A stretch of DNA of 64,000 bases from Alphaproteobacteria bacterium (GTDB taxonomy: Bacteria > Pseudomonadota > Alphaproteobacteria > UBA828): NCBI GenBank assembly GCA_965237415.1, contig CBDEFM010000002.1:1280001-1344000 (forward strand), written 5' to 3'. This document shows positions 1-9,101 of this stretch, piece by piece. Under the pieces are notes generated by a model. That model saw only the letters and a list, made by a program, of their open reading frames with translations. It had not been told where the DNA came from and ran no database searches. Positions within the stretch are counted from its first letter, which is position 1. The number at the start of each line of letters is the position of its first letter. The position numbers and the translations under genes are program-made.

Positions 1-54
1 CCTCCGCCAGCGGCCGGCAAGCGATGCCGGCAGTGATCACGGGAGCGTTTTCAC

Positions 55-879
55 ATGAACAGACTGAAATGGGTGTGCGCGCGCATTGTGGCCGCGCCGG
101 CGTTCGACGGCCTGATCATCGCGATGATCCTGATAACCGCGCTCGGCCTCGGTCTGGAAACGAGCCAGGCGTTCCACGCGCACTTCGGCCACGCCATCCA
201 GTGGGCCTTCCACGCGGCCCTTGCCATCTTCGTGATCGAAGCCGCGATCAAGCTCACCGCCGTCCCGCCCCGCTTCGAGCGCTATTTCAAGGACGGCTGG
301 AACCTCTTCGACTTCGTCATCCTGGTCCTCGCCTTCGTGCCGGATGCAGGCGAGCTCGCCCTCGTCGCGCGGCTCGCGCGCCTGCTCCGGGTGCTCCGGG
401 TGGCGACCGTGGTGCCGCAGCTCCGTGTCATCGTCTCGACCCTGATCCGCTCCCTGCCGGGGCTGGGCCACGTGATGCTGCTGCTCTCGGCGGTCTTCTA
501 TGTCTACGCGATCACGGGCGTGCACCTCTTCCGCGACCACGACCCGACCCACTGGCGCAACCTCGGCATCGCGCTGCTCTCGCTCTTCCGCGTGATGACG
601 CTGGACAACTGGACGGACATCATGTACGTCGCGATGGAGCTCCATTCGATGACTTGGTTGTTCTTCGTCAGCTTCGTGATGCTGGCGGCAGTCATCATGA
701 TCAACCTCGTGATCGCGGTGGTGATCAACAACCTGCACGACGCGCGCCTCGAGGTGGCGCCGGTGAGGGGCGACGAAAGCGAAGACGAAGCGACACTCAG
801 AGCCGTGCGCGAGGAGGCGGCGAACGCCCGCGCCGCCCTGGAGCGTGTCGAGACTATTCTCGCCAAGATGAAGAAATAG
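55..879 (+). CDS. Voltage-gated cation channel, BacNav/NaChBac family (ion transport protein)
   Basis: Six TM segments, S4 sensor ARLARLLRVLR, FKDGWNLFDF motif, pore FRVMTLDNWTDIMY, S6 INLVIAVVINN, C-terminal coiled coil. Confidence 0.92.
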   Translation: MNRLKWVCARIVAAPAFDGLIIAMILITALGLGLETSQAFHAHFGHAIQWAFHAALAIFVIEAAIKLTAVPPRFERYFKDGWNLFDFVILVLAFVPDAGELALVARLARLLRVLRVATVVPQLRVIVSTLIRSLPGLGHVMLLLSAVFYVYAITGVHLFRDHDPTHWRNLGIALLSLFRVMTLDNWTDIMYVAMELHSMTWLFFVSFVMLAAVIMINLVIAVVINNLHDARLEVAPVRGDESEDEATLRAVREEAANARAALERVETILAKMKK

Positions 880-986
880 GCCGTCCCCTTCCCCCTTCCA
901 GCGGTGCGCCGAAGTGCGCTAGCCTGGACCATGGTGCGGTGCAAGGCGCAGGGCGTCCGCGCCAGGATCGTGCCGTGCAGCAATCA

Positions 987-1066
987 TGCTCCCGCGCGCG
1001 TATCCGCGCGACCTGCTCCCGCGCGCGTATCCGCGCGACCTGCTCCCGCGCGCGTATCCGCGCGAC
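987..1066. repeat. Tandem repeat, 3 x 27 bp (tgctcccgcgcgcgtatccgcgcgacc)
   Basis: Read directly; units start at 987, 1014 and 1041. Confidence 0.95.
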
Positions 1067-1102
1067 GCAGTGCGAAAGCGAGCGGGGTGCGCGGGCGGGC
1101 GT

Positions 1103-1180
1103 GACCCCAAATGCCGCGCGCGCGACCCTCCGAGCGCAGGCGACCTCAAATGCCGCGCGCACGACCCTCCGGGCGTGCGC
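1103..1180. repeat. Imperfect tandem repeat, 2 x 39 bp
   Basis: gaccccaaatgccgcgcgcgcgaccctccgagcgcaggc / gacctcaaatgccgcgcgcacgaccctccgggcgtgcgc. Confidence 0.85.
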
Positions 1181-1374
1181 GACTTGTCCCACGGAATCCC
1201 ACTTATCCCACTTAATCCCACTTAATCCCGGCGAATCCCGCATGAAATTTCGGTTTGCCGAGGTGGGACGCGGAACCGGATCGCGACGCGAAGGGCATGT
1301 GCAGGCCAATGCCCGTTTTCGAAGTTCTTCCCTTCCGATACCGTGCGCGTCCTCTCGGACCTCAGTTCCTCACC

Positions 1375-1471
1375 CCGTCATGCCCGGACTCGTTCCGGGC
1401 ATCTCGCTCGGCCACATCCGTCGAACGACAAGCAAACACGTGGATGGCCGGGACAAGCCCGGCCATGACGG
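1375..1471. repeat. Alphaproteobacterial REP-like palindromic element, copy A
   Basis: ccgtcatgcccggactcgttccgggcatc...tggatggccgggacaagcccggccatgacgg; double hairpin with terminal inverted repeat; second copy at 32719. Confidence 0.85.
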
Positions 1472-1544
1472 CGTGTGGGAATGGCCGGGTCGGAGAGATC
1501 ACCTGCCGGCCCAATTTCCTGGGAACGAACTTCGGAAACACGGG

Positions 1545-1868
1545 CTATGGATGCGGGCCCCAGGGCGCTGCGTTCAGCAGTTCGACTTCCTGTGTGATGA
1601 CCAGCGGTCGGAAATTCCCGGCGAAGTTCATGAACTCGTCGTTCTGGAAGAGCCGCGCCCAGTGGGCCCGGCGGTCGGCGTCGTCGTCGAACTTCCAGAT
1701 ATGCACCAGCCGGTTGATGGTGCCGGTGTCGGCGATGAAATAGCCGATCAGCTTCTCGCCGAAGCCGCCCTTCTCCAGCGCGGGCCAGCCCAGATCCCGA
1801 TAGTGCGAGACAGCCTCCGGCAGCTTGCCGACCTTCAGCGTGTAAGTCCTCATCTCGTAGAGTGCCAT
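1545..1868 (-). CDS. NIPSNAP family protein
   Basis: YEMRTYTLK...LIGYF..DTG.INRLVHIWKF pattern, 107 aa. Confidence 0.88.
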   Translation of the reverse strand: MALYEMRTYTLKVGKLPEAVSHYRDLGWPALEKGGFGEKLIGYFIADTGTINRLVHIWKFDDDADRRAHWARLFQNDEFMNFAGNFRPLVITQEVELLNAAPWGPHP

Positions 1869-2010
1869 GCCATTTCTCCCGTTTGGCTTCGTGCGGGAGA
1901 CTGGCGGGGCCGGCGCCTCGCGTCAATCGGCACGGAATGCGTGGCCATTGCCGGCGGCGCACCGGAGCGGGCAGACTGGCCGGACAGGAGAGCGATCGGG
2001 GAGCGGCAGC

Positions 2011-3042
2011 ATGGCGGAGACAGGTACGAGGCTCAGCACGCGGATCGATTTCGACCGCGACGGGAAGCAGTGCGACCACCTGCGCCTGCCTCATTCCGTC
2101 CACCGATCCGCCTACGGGTGGCTGCCGGTGCCGCTCGTCTGCATCCGAAACGGCGATGGGCCGACGGTGTTGCTCACGTCGGGCGTTCACGGCGACGAAT
2201 ACGAGGGGCAGGTGACGCTCACCAGGCTCATCCGCACCCTCGACCCGGCCGACGTGACCGGCCGCATCATCATCTTTCCCATGGCAAACTACCCTGCCGC
2301 AAAGGCCGGGCTCAGGACGTCGCCGATCGACGAACTCAACCTGAACCGGGTCTTCCCCGGCAAGCACGACGGGCGGCCCACCGAAATGCTGGCGCACTAC
2401 ATCGATACCGAGCTGACGCCGCGCGCGGACTACATGCTCGACCTCCATTCCGGCGGCAGCTCGCTCATGTACCTGCCCTCCCTGGTCCTCCGGGATTCGG
2501 CGATGCCGGCCGACCTGCAGGCCAAGATTATCGAGCTCGGCCGGGTCTTCGGCGCGCCCTACGGCTTCCTGTTCCCGGCGGTGCGCGGCATGGGCGGCAC
2601 CAACATGCGGGCGGCGATCGCCCGCGGCGTGGTCGCGTTCGGCACCGAGATGGGCGGTGGAGGGACGGTCACGCCCGAGTGCCTCCGCATCTGCGAGGCG
2701 GGCACCAGGCGTGTGCTCCGCCATGTCGGCGTCTGGCACGGCCCGGTCGAAGACGACGAGGAGCCGGGGGTGGAGCCGCGTCTGCTCACCGCCGAGACGT
2801 GGGACTTTTTCACCTATGCCAGCGAGGACGGCCTGTTCGAGCCCGCCGTCGAGCTCGGCGCCGAGGTGGAAAAGGGCCAGCTCGCAGGCCTGATCCACAC
2901 GCCGGAGACGCCGTGGCGGGAGCCGACCCAGGTTCGCTTCGATGAGACGGGCCTGGTCGTCTGCAAGCGGGTGCCGGGGCGGGTGGAGCGCGGCGACTGC
3001 CTGCTCCATCTCGGCGCCGAGGCGATAGACGAGAGCCAATGA
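2011..3042 (+). CDS. Succinylglutamate desuccinylase/aspartoacylase family deacylase (DoeB-like)
   Basis: GVHGDEYEG, NLNRVFPG and DLHSGG zinc-carboxypeptidase motifs; start placed at MAETGT. Confidence 0.88.
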   Translation: MAETGTRLSTRIDFDRDGKQCDHLRLPHSVHRSAYGWLPVPLVCIRNGDGPTVLLTSGVHGDEYEGQVTLTRLIRTLDPADVTGRIIIFPMANYPAAKAGLRTSPIDELNLNRVFPGKHDGRPTEMLAHYIDTELTPRADYMLDLHSGGSSLMYLPSLVLRDSAMPADLQAKIIELGRVFGAPYGFLFPAVRGMGGTNMRAAIARGVVAFGTEMGGGGTVTPECLRICEAGTRRVLRHVGVWHGPVEDDEEPGVEPRLLTAETWDFFTYASEDGLFEPAVELGAEVEKGQLAGLIHTPETPWREPTQVRFDETGLVVCKRVPGRVERGDCLLHLGAEAIDESQ

Positions 3043-3076
3043 CGGGGTGCCACGCTGGGCGGACGAGGGGGACGGG

Positions 3077-3604
3077 ATGAGCGCGAAAGAGAGCGACGAA
3101 GGCTGGCGCGGCAAGATCGGCAAGATGAGCGCGGACGAGGTCGACGGCTTCCTTGAGGAGCCGTTCCTCGCCCGCGTCGCCTGCCTCGACGACAACGATT
3201 GGCCCTATGTGGTGCCCTGCTGGTACCAGTGGGACGGGGCTGCGCTCTGGGTCGTTCCGCGCGCGCGCTCGGCCTGGGCCCGCCACCTGGAGGCGCGGCC
3301 CCGCTGCGCAGCAACCATCGACGAATCCTCGGCTGCCGACACCGCCTCGGATACCGGCGTGCAGCGCCGCTTCCTCGCCCAGTGCGAGGCGACGATCGTG
3401 GAGCGGCCCAACGTGGGCGGCCGTTGGGTGGAGGTCGCCCGCGCCATGTCGATCCGCTACTACGGCGAGAACGGCCCCAGCTATCTCGAGCCCACCATGA
3501 GCTGGAAGCGCTGGCTGATCCGCCTCGACCCCGTGCGTATCCAGACATGGCAGGGCATCGCCTGGCCCGAGCGCTATCTGGAGGGCGACGCCGTCGCCCG
3601 TTGA
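3077..3604 (+). CDS. Pyridoxamine 5'-phosphate oxidase-like flavin-binding split-barrel protein
   Basis: MS.DEVDGFL..P.LARVACLD...PYVVPCWY...WARHL..RP pattern. Confidence 0.8.
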   Translation: MSAKESDEGWRGKIGKMSADEVDGFLEEPFLARVACLDDNDWPYVVPCWYQWDGAALWVVPRARSAWARHLEARPRCAATIDESSAADTASDTGVQRRFLAQCEATIVERPNVGGRWVEVARAMSIRYYGENGPSYLEPTMSWKRWLIRLDPVRIQTWQGIAWPERYLEGDAVAR

Positions 3605-3638
3605 GCAGAGTCGACGCGTCGCACCGGCTCGATCAGTG

Positions 3639-4058
3639 TCAGTCCGCGTTGCCCCGCTTGGCGCCACCCAGAAAAGCCGCATCGACATCGACGGCGTAGC
3701 CGTTGGCCAACGCGTTGGTCTCGTTCGCCATGCCCACCACCGCCATGAGCTCGGCCAGCATCGCGTCGGTCATGCCCTGCCGCCGCGCGCCTGCGGTGTG
3801 GGAGCGGATGCAGTATTCGCAGCCGTTGGTAGCGCTCACCGCGACGTAGATCATCTCCTTGGTGAGCGGATCGAGGGCGCCGGGCGCCATCACCTGCTTG
3901 ATGCTCTTCCAGGTCCGCTCCAGGGTCGGCGGATGGTTCGCCAGCATCTTCCAGAAGTTGTTGATCCAGTCGGTCTTGCGGGTCTCCATGATGTCGTCAT
4001 AGACCGCGCGGACCTCCGGCGGGGCGTCGTCGTACTCCACCATCGAGACCGTCGCCAT
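3639..4058 (-). CDS. AhpD/carboxymuconolactone decarboxylase family protein
   Basis: KEMIYVAVSATNGCEYCIRSH CxxC motif. Confidence 0.88.
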   Translation of the reverse strand: MATVSMVEYDDAPPEVRAVYDDIMETRKTDWINNFWKMLANHPPTLERTWKSIKQVMAPGALDPLTKEMIYVAVSATNGCEYCIRSHTAGARRQGMTDAMLAELMAVVGMANETNALANGYAVDVDAAFLGGAKRGNAD

Positions 4059-4142
4059 GCTCTCCTCCCACGATGCATTGCAGTTGATGCCGGGATAACC
4101 CGAATGAGGCAGCGCGACCAGAGTGCCGCGACGTGCGGGCGT

Positions 4143-5747
4143 TCAGAGATCCCCGCGGCCCATCTGACGCGCGATGCGACCCGCCTGGCGCAGCGCAAGA
4201 GCGACGATGGTGAGCGTGGGATTGCCGGCGATCGACGACGTGAACTGGCTGCCGTCGGAGACGAAGAGGTTGGGGATCTCGTGGCTCCGGCCCCAGCGGT
4301 CGACCACGCCGGCGTCGGGATCGGCGCTCATGCGACAGGTGCCCAGATTGTGCGAGACCGGCAACGGCGGCGAGCAGAACACGCGTACCGCGCCGGCCGC
4401 CTCCAGGAGCGCGATTCCGTTGCGGTAGCCGTAGCGCTTCATCGCGAGGTCGTTGGGGTGATCGTCGAGGTGGAGGCTGGGAATCGGCAGCCCGTGCTGG
4501 TCCTTCTCGCTGGGGTGCAGCGTCACCCTATTGGAGGCGATGGCGAGGTCCTCGCCGTTCATGAAGAGGCCCCCCATGCGCTCATAGGCCTCGATCCAAC
4601 TCGTGTAGTCGCGGCCCCAGCGCCCCGGGCTGAGGAAAGCCGCAAAGAAGGGCAGGCCGAGGCCGATGGTGCCGTAGAAGAAGCCGCCGGCGAAGCCGCG
4701 CGACGGATCGTGCCGCGCCTCGTCTTTGATGATGCCGGAGCAGACCACGCCGCGGTACATGCGCACAGGCTTTGGGAACTCGGCGTACATGTAGGCGGTC
4801 GTGTGGCGCATGTAGTGCTTGCCGACCATGCCCGATCCGTTGGCGAGCCCATCGGGCCAGGCGCTCGACTCCGAGTTGAGCAGAAGCCGTGCGGTCTCGA
4901 TCGAGTTGGCCGCCACGCAGACCAGCCGCGCCTTCTGCAGATGATGGCTCCCGCCGGCGTCGGCATAGAGGACTCCGCTGGCGCGGCCGCGGTCGTCATG
5001 CTCGATGCGGAGCGCCATGCAGCGGGTGCGGATCTCGCAGCGGCCGGTCGCCTCCGCGCGGGGCAGCTCCGAGACGAAGGTGGACCACTTGCCGCCCGAC
5101 TTGCAGCCCTGCATGCAAAAACCAATCTGATCGCAGGCGTTGCGACCGTCACGGGGCACCGCGTTGATGGCCACGTTGTTGGGGCCGTAGTCGCGATAGC
5201 CCATGCGTTTCGCGCCGAGTGCCATGACCCGGTAGTTGTTGGAACCCCGCTGCAGCGGGATGTCGCCCCGCCCGGTAACGCCCATCTTGCTCTCGGCCTC
5301 GCGCAAGAAGGGCTCCATCTCGTCGAAGTCGACCGGCCAGTCCTCCAGAGCCGCGCCATCGACATCGCCGTAAGTGGAGCGCACCTTGAACTCGTAAGGC
5401 CGCGGGCGCGGGCACATGGCCGCCCAATGGAGGGTGGTGCCGCCCAGCCCCTTGCAGGTCCAGGTCGGTGCCGTCGGGTAGTCGCGGGCGATGGGGGAGG
5501 CGCCGGTGCAGGCGCGCGTGTCCTTCCACGTGAGGCGGTCGTACATCGCCCACTCGTCGTTGACGAAATCGCTCATCTTGAAGCGCGGCCCTGCCTCCAG
5601 CACGACCACGTCGATCCCCCGCCGGGTCAGCTCGTCGGCAATGGTCCCGCCACCGGCGCCCGAGCCGATGATGACAACGACGCTGTCGTCGTTCAGGTCG
5701 TAGGTGACGGCGGGGACGTCGTCGTCATCGAGGTGAGGCGCGATCAT
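4143..5747 (-). CDS. GMC family flavin oxidoreductase
   Basis: IIGSGAGG, GLGGTTLHW, HNLGTCRM, NLFVSDGS, NPTLTI motifs. Confidence 0.92.
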   Translation of the reverse strand: MIAPHLDDDDVPAVTYDLNDDSVVVIIGSGAGGGTIADELTRRGIDVVVLEAGPRFKMSDFVNDEWAMYDRLTWKDTRACTGASPIARDYPTAPTWTCKGLGGTTLHWAAMCPRPRPYEFKVRSTYGDVDGAALEDWPVDFDEMEPFLREAESKMGVTGRGDIPLQRGSNNYRVMALGAKRMGYRDYGPNNVAINAVPRDGRNACDQIGFCMQGCKSGGKWSTFVSELPRAEATGRCEIRTRCMALRIEHDDRGRASGVLYADAGGSHHLQKARLVCVAANSIETARLLLNSESSAWPDGLANGSGMVGKHYMRHTTAYMYAEFPKPVRMYRGVVCSGIIKDEARHDPSRGFAGGFFYGTIGLGLPFFAAFLSPGRWGRDYTSWIEAYERMGGLFMNGEDLAIASNRVTLHPSEKDQHGLPIPSLHLDDHPNDLAMKRYGYRNGIALLEAAGAVRVFCSPPLPVSHNLGTCRMSADPDAGVVDRWGRSHEIPNLFVSDGSQFTSSIAGNPTLTIVALALRQAGRIARQMGRGDL

Positions 5748-6181
5748 CGGTCGGCCTCCGTCTCGGTGCTCTCCTCGGAGATCCAGTCGATATCGTCGAA
5801 ACCGCGCTCGATGTAGCCGCCGAGATGAGACGACGCACCCTCGTAGCCGAAGCGCGGCCAGAGCGCCCGGTCGTCATAGAGGTGGCGCGCCGTCGCCGCG
5901 CGCATGGCCTCGAAGAAAGGCGAGCCCTCGATCGCCTGGACCGCAGCGAGCTTCTCCTTCTCCTCGAGGCCGACGAAGGGGCGGCCCCTGGCCTCATCCA
6001 GCGCCGCGGCTCCATCCGCCAGCAACGCGTGCTGCGCGGCGTCCGCCTCCGTCGCCACGATCTTGACCACCCGGCGGTAGGAGGCGTCGTCGAGGAAGTC
6101 GTGGGGATAGAGAACGCGCGCCATCGCCGTCAGCGTCTCGGCTGTGTGGGAGTCGAGCGCTTCGTCAGGTGTCGATGCCAT
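5744..6181 (-). CDS. Small partner subunit of the GMC dehydrogenase (gluconate 2-dehydrogenase subunit 3-like)
   Basis: LYPHD..LD...Y and W..FGYEG.S...GGY..RGFDDIDW; 4-bp overlap with the GMC gene. Confidence 0.75.
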   Translation of the reverse strand: MASTPDEALDSHTAETLTAMARVLYPHDFLDDASYRRVVKIVATEADAAQHALLADGAAALDEARGRPFVGLEEKEKLAAVQAIEGSPFFEAMRAATARHLYDDRALWPRFGYEGASSHLGGYIERGFDDIDWISEESTETEADR

Positions 6182-7496
6182 AGCTCTTCGCCACCAGCTC
6201 GATGGGGTGATGGGCGCGCGCAGGAGGTGCGCGGCCTTCGCCGAACCGCTCCATCCCCTGCACGATTTGGTCGCCGGCGAGCGGGCACTCCGAGGCAATG
6301 TAGGCGCGGCCGCTCTCGGCCGCCTGCCGGATGACCGGCTCGCCGACCTTCATGCCGGTCTCGAAGTTCTGCTTCATCACACCCCAGGTGCCGCCATGCC
6401 CCGCGCAGCGCTGCATCATCAGCACGTTGCACGCGGGGATCATGCGCAGCATGACCGCAGCCTTCGCACCGATGTTCTGGGCCCTTGCATGACAGGCCTG
6501 GTGGAGCGCGACATCGCCGTCGAGCGGCATCATTCCCTCGGCAAGCCCCTCGCTCCGGGCGATATCGATGACATACTCGGAAATGTCGCTCGTGTGCCGG
6601 GCAAGGCGCGCCACCGCCGGGTCCTCGGGCAGGTGGAGCGGCCATATGGTCTTCATCATCAGCGCGCAGGACGGGATGGGAGCGATCACGTCCCATCCAC
6701 GTTCGATCCAGGGACCGAGCGTCGCAGCGATACGCCGGGCGCGCCGGCACACCTCGGCGATATCGCCCCGCTCCAACTGCGGCATCCCGCAGCATGCGTC
6801 GTAGACAACCTCGGTCTCGACCCCGTTCTTCGCGAGCACGCCCTGGGCAGCGCGGCCAATCCCGGGATTGTTGTACTCGACGAAGCAAGTGGCGTAGAGC
6901 ACGGCCTTGCGCCCCGCGGCCGGCGCGCTCGCATCGACCGAAGGCGGGGTCTCAGCGGCCCGCCGGCTGAACCTGCGGGCATGGAAGCGGGGCAGCACTG
7001 CATCGCGGTGAATACCGGCAAGCGCCTCCATGAGCGGCCTCGTGAGCCGATTGCCGCGGCGCGCTGCCCAGTTGGCGAGCGGCGCGAGAGCGCCGAGCAA
7101 CCGGCCGTTGCGGTCGGTGGCGCCCAACGCCCGCTCGGCAGGGCCGACCCTTCCGTCGTGCAGGGCGTGCGCCCGCTGACGCATCATCAGGGCGGGAAAA
7201 TCCACCGCGTGTACGTGCGGCGGCGTGTAGGGACAGACCGGATAGCACATGTCGCAGAGCGTGCAGGCCGCGCCCACGCTCTCGAAGCCGGCGCTCGTCA
7301 CCGCGTCGACGGCACCCGCACGGTCGATCAGATCGAAGAGCCTCGGAAAACTCTCGCAGAGGTCTTCGCAGCGGCGGCAGGTGTGGCAGACGCCAGCCAC
7401 GCGGCGCAGCTCGCTGTCGAGCGCGCCCGCGTCGAGGTATGCCGGCGCCTCCCAGTCGATGGCGGGCCGTGGAGCGGGGCGCTCCTGCCCCGCCAC
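6165..7496 (-). CDS. GlpC/heterodisulfide reductase-related Fe-S oxidoreductase
   Basis: CHTCRRCEDLC and CTLCDMCYPVCP ferredoxin motifs, CCGMP, HQACH and SECPLA CCG-domain motifs; GTG start inferred. Confidence 0.85.
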   Translation of the reverse strand: MAGQERPAPRPAIDWEAPAYLDAGALDSELRRVAGVCHTCRRCEDLCESFPRLFDLIDRAGAVDAVTSAGFESVGAACTLCDMCYPVCPYTPPHVHAVDFPALMMRQRAHALHDGRVGPAERALGATDRNGRLLGALAPLANWAARRGNRLTRPLMEALAGIHRDAVLPRFHARRFSRRAAETPPSVDASAPAAGRKAVLYATCFVEYNNPGIGRAAQGVLAKNGVETEVVYDACCGMPQLERGDIAEVCRRARRIAATLGPWIERGWDVIAPIPSCALMMKTIWPLHLPEDPAVARLARHTSDISEYVIDIARSEGLAEGMMPLDGDVALHQACHARAQNIGAKAAVMLRMIPACNVLMMQRCAGHGGTWGVMKQNFETGMKVGEPVIRQAAESGRAYIASECPLAGDQIVQGMERFGEGRAPPARAHHPIELVAKSYGIDT

Positions 7497-7512
7497 GTCC
7501 TGCCCGCCGCTC

Positions 7513-8859
7513 TCAGCCGAGGACGACGCGGGTGGACTCGGCAATGATCTCCACCGACCGATCGATGGTCTCGTCGTCGATGACGATCGGCGGCGCGATG
7601 AAGAACACGTCCGGCCGTATGCGGCTGAAGAGGCCGCGCGCCATCGCCTCGGCGTTGATCTTGGCGGCGATGCCGTCGGCCGGATCGAAGTTCTCCTTGG
7701 TCGCCCGGTCCTTGACGTACTCGACGGCGCACATGAGCCCGAGGCCGCGGATGTCGCCGACATGGGGATGATCGGCGAGCGCGTCCTTGAGGCCTACCAG
7801 GAGTCGCTTGCCTTTCACCGCGGCCTGGCCGGGGAAATCCTCCCGCTCGATCAGATCGATCATGGCGCAGCCGATGGCGCAGCCGGTGGGATGCGCGCTG
7901 TAGGTGTAGGCGTGCATCCAGGGCTTGCCGCTCTCGTGCATCGTGTTGGCGATCTCGTCGCTGATCCCGATGCCGCCGAGGGAGAAGTAGCCCGAGGTGA
8001 TGGCCTTGGCGAACTGGATCATGTCTGGCTCGACGCCCCAGTGCTGCAGGCCAAACATCTTGCCGGTTCGCCCGAACCCGGTGATGACCTCGTCGGAAAC
8101 CAGCAAGACGTCGTACTTGTCGCAGATCTCGCGGATGCGCGGGAAGTAGTCGGGCTGGGGCGGGATCACGCCGCCGCCGCCCTGCACCGGCTCGGCAATG
8201 AACATCGCGATCGTTTCCGGCCCCTCGGCGAGGATCGCCTTCTCCAGTTCATCGGCCGCAGCAATCCCCTGGCTCACCGCGCCCTCCGGCGCTTCGTAGC
8301 GATAGGGGTAGGGGCTCGGGATGTGGATGAAGCCCGGGATGCGCGGCTCGAACATGGGCCAGTAGATGCTCATGCCCGTCGCGCACATGGCAGCGAGCGT
8401 GACACCGTGATAGCCCCAGATACGAGAGATGACCTTGGTCTTCTCGGGCCGCCCCTTCAGCTTCCAATAGTAGCGGGCCATCTTGATGTTGCTGTCGGTC
8501 GCCTCGCCGCCGCCCGACGTGAAATAGAAGTGATTGATGTTCGGGTAGGTGATCCGGGCGAGCTTCTCGGCAAGCTCGATCGCGCGCGGGTTGGAACTGC
8601 CGGCATAGCCGGAGGCGTAGGCCAATTCGGCAAGCTGCTTGCTGCCGGCGTCGATGAGGTCGCGGCAGCCATTGCCGGCCGTGTTGTTCCAGAGGCCGGA
8701 GAGGCCGTCGATGAAGCGATCCCCGTTCGCATCGACGAGGAAGGCCCCGTCACCGCCGACCCAGACCTTGCCGGTGGAATGGGTGGCTTGGCTGTGCAAC
8801 GGATGGAGCAGGTGCGCGCGATCTCGATCGAGCAGCGCAGCTTCGGCGTCGTTGGACAT
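7513..8859 (-). CDS. Class III (omega-amine) PLP-dependent aminotransferase
   Basis: DGLSGLW, GYHGVT, AEPVQGGGG, DEVITGFGRTG, FAKAITSGY. Confidence 0.93.
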   Translation of the reverse strand: MSNDAEAALLDRDRAHLLHPLHSQATHSTGKVWVGGDGAFLVDANGDRFIDGLSGLWNNTAGNGCRDLIDAGSKQLAELAYASGYAGSSNPRAIELAEKLARITYPNINHFYFTSGGGEATDSNIKMARYYWKLKGRPEKTKVISRIWGYHGVTLAAMCATGMSIYWPMFEPRIPGFIHIPSPYPYRYEAPEGAVSQGIAAADELEKAILAEGPETIAMFIAEPVQGGGGVIPPQPDYFPRIREICDKYDVLLVSDEVITGFGRTGKMFGLQHWGVEPDMIQFAKAITSGYFSLGGIGISDEIANTMHESGKPWMHAYTYSAHPTGCAIGCAMIDLIEREDFPGQAAVKGKRLLVGLKDALADHPHVGDIRGLGLMCAVEYVKDRATKENFDPADGIAAKINAEAMARGLFSRIRPDVFFIAPPIVIDDETIDRSVEIIAESTRVVLG

Positions 8860-9101
8860 CTCAGGCGTTCCTCCCCGTATGCGACCGCGCGTTTGCGCGC
8901 TCGGCCTGTTCTCGCGCACAAGTGTGCGCTGCGAGGGCGGGTTCGATCAAGTGACGCAGGCGCGGCCCGATACTCAAGGAATTGCGACGGCCGTAGCGGC
9001 AGCCGGAGAAAACCGTTTGGCGGTTTCTCTCGAATGGGCGTAAAGGTGCGCGTAGTGCAGACCGATACGAAACCCTGCGGCGATCGCGACGCGTTTGGCC
9101 G

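Larger units (their letters stand above)
928..1250 (+). repeat. Dispersed composite element, copy 1 (conserved 5' block, variable core, phased ATCCC boxes)
   Basis: accatggtgcggtgca...cgcgccaggatcg...tgcagca and gaatcccacttatccc...aatcccggcgaatcccgc..tgaaattt are both shared with the reverse complement of 35575-35783. Confidence 0.85.

Noticed and set aside
987-1250. Possible CRISPR array
   Set aside because: Repeats are head-to-tail with no unique spacers, and no cas genes are in the window.
24-2945. 973-aa ORF
   Set aside because: Shadow frame crossing three recognisable genes and non-coding repeats; Arg/Pro-rich with no motifs.
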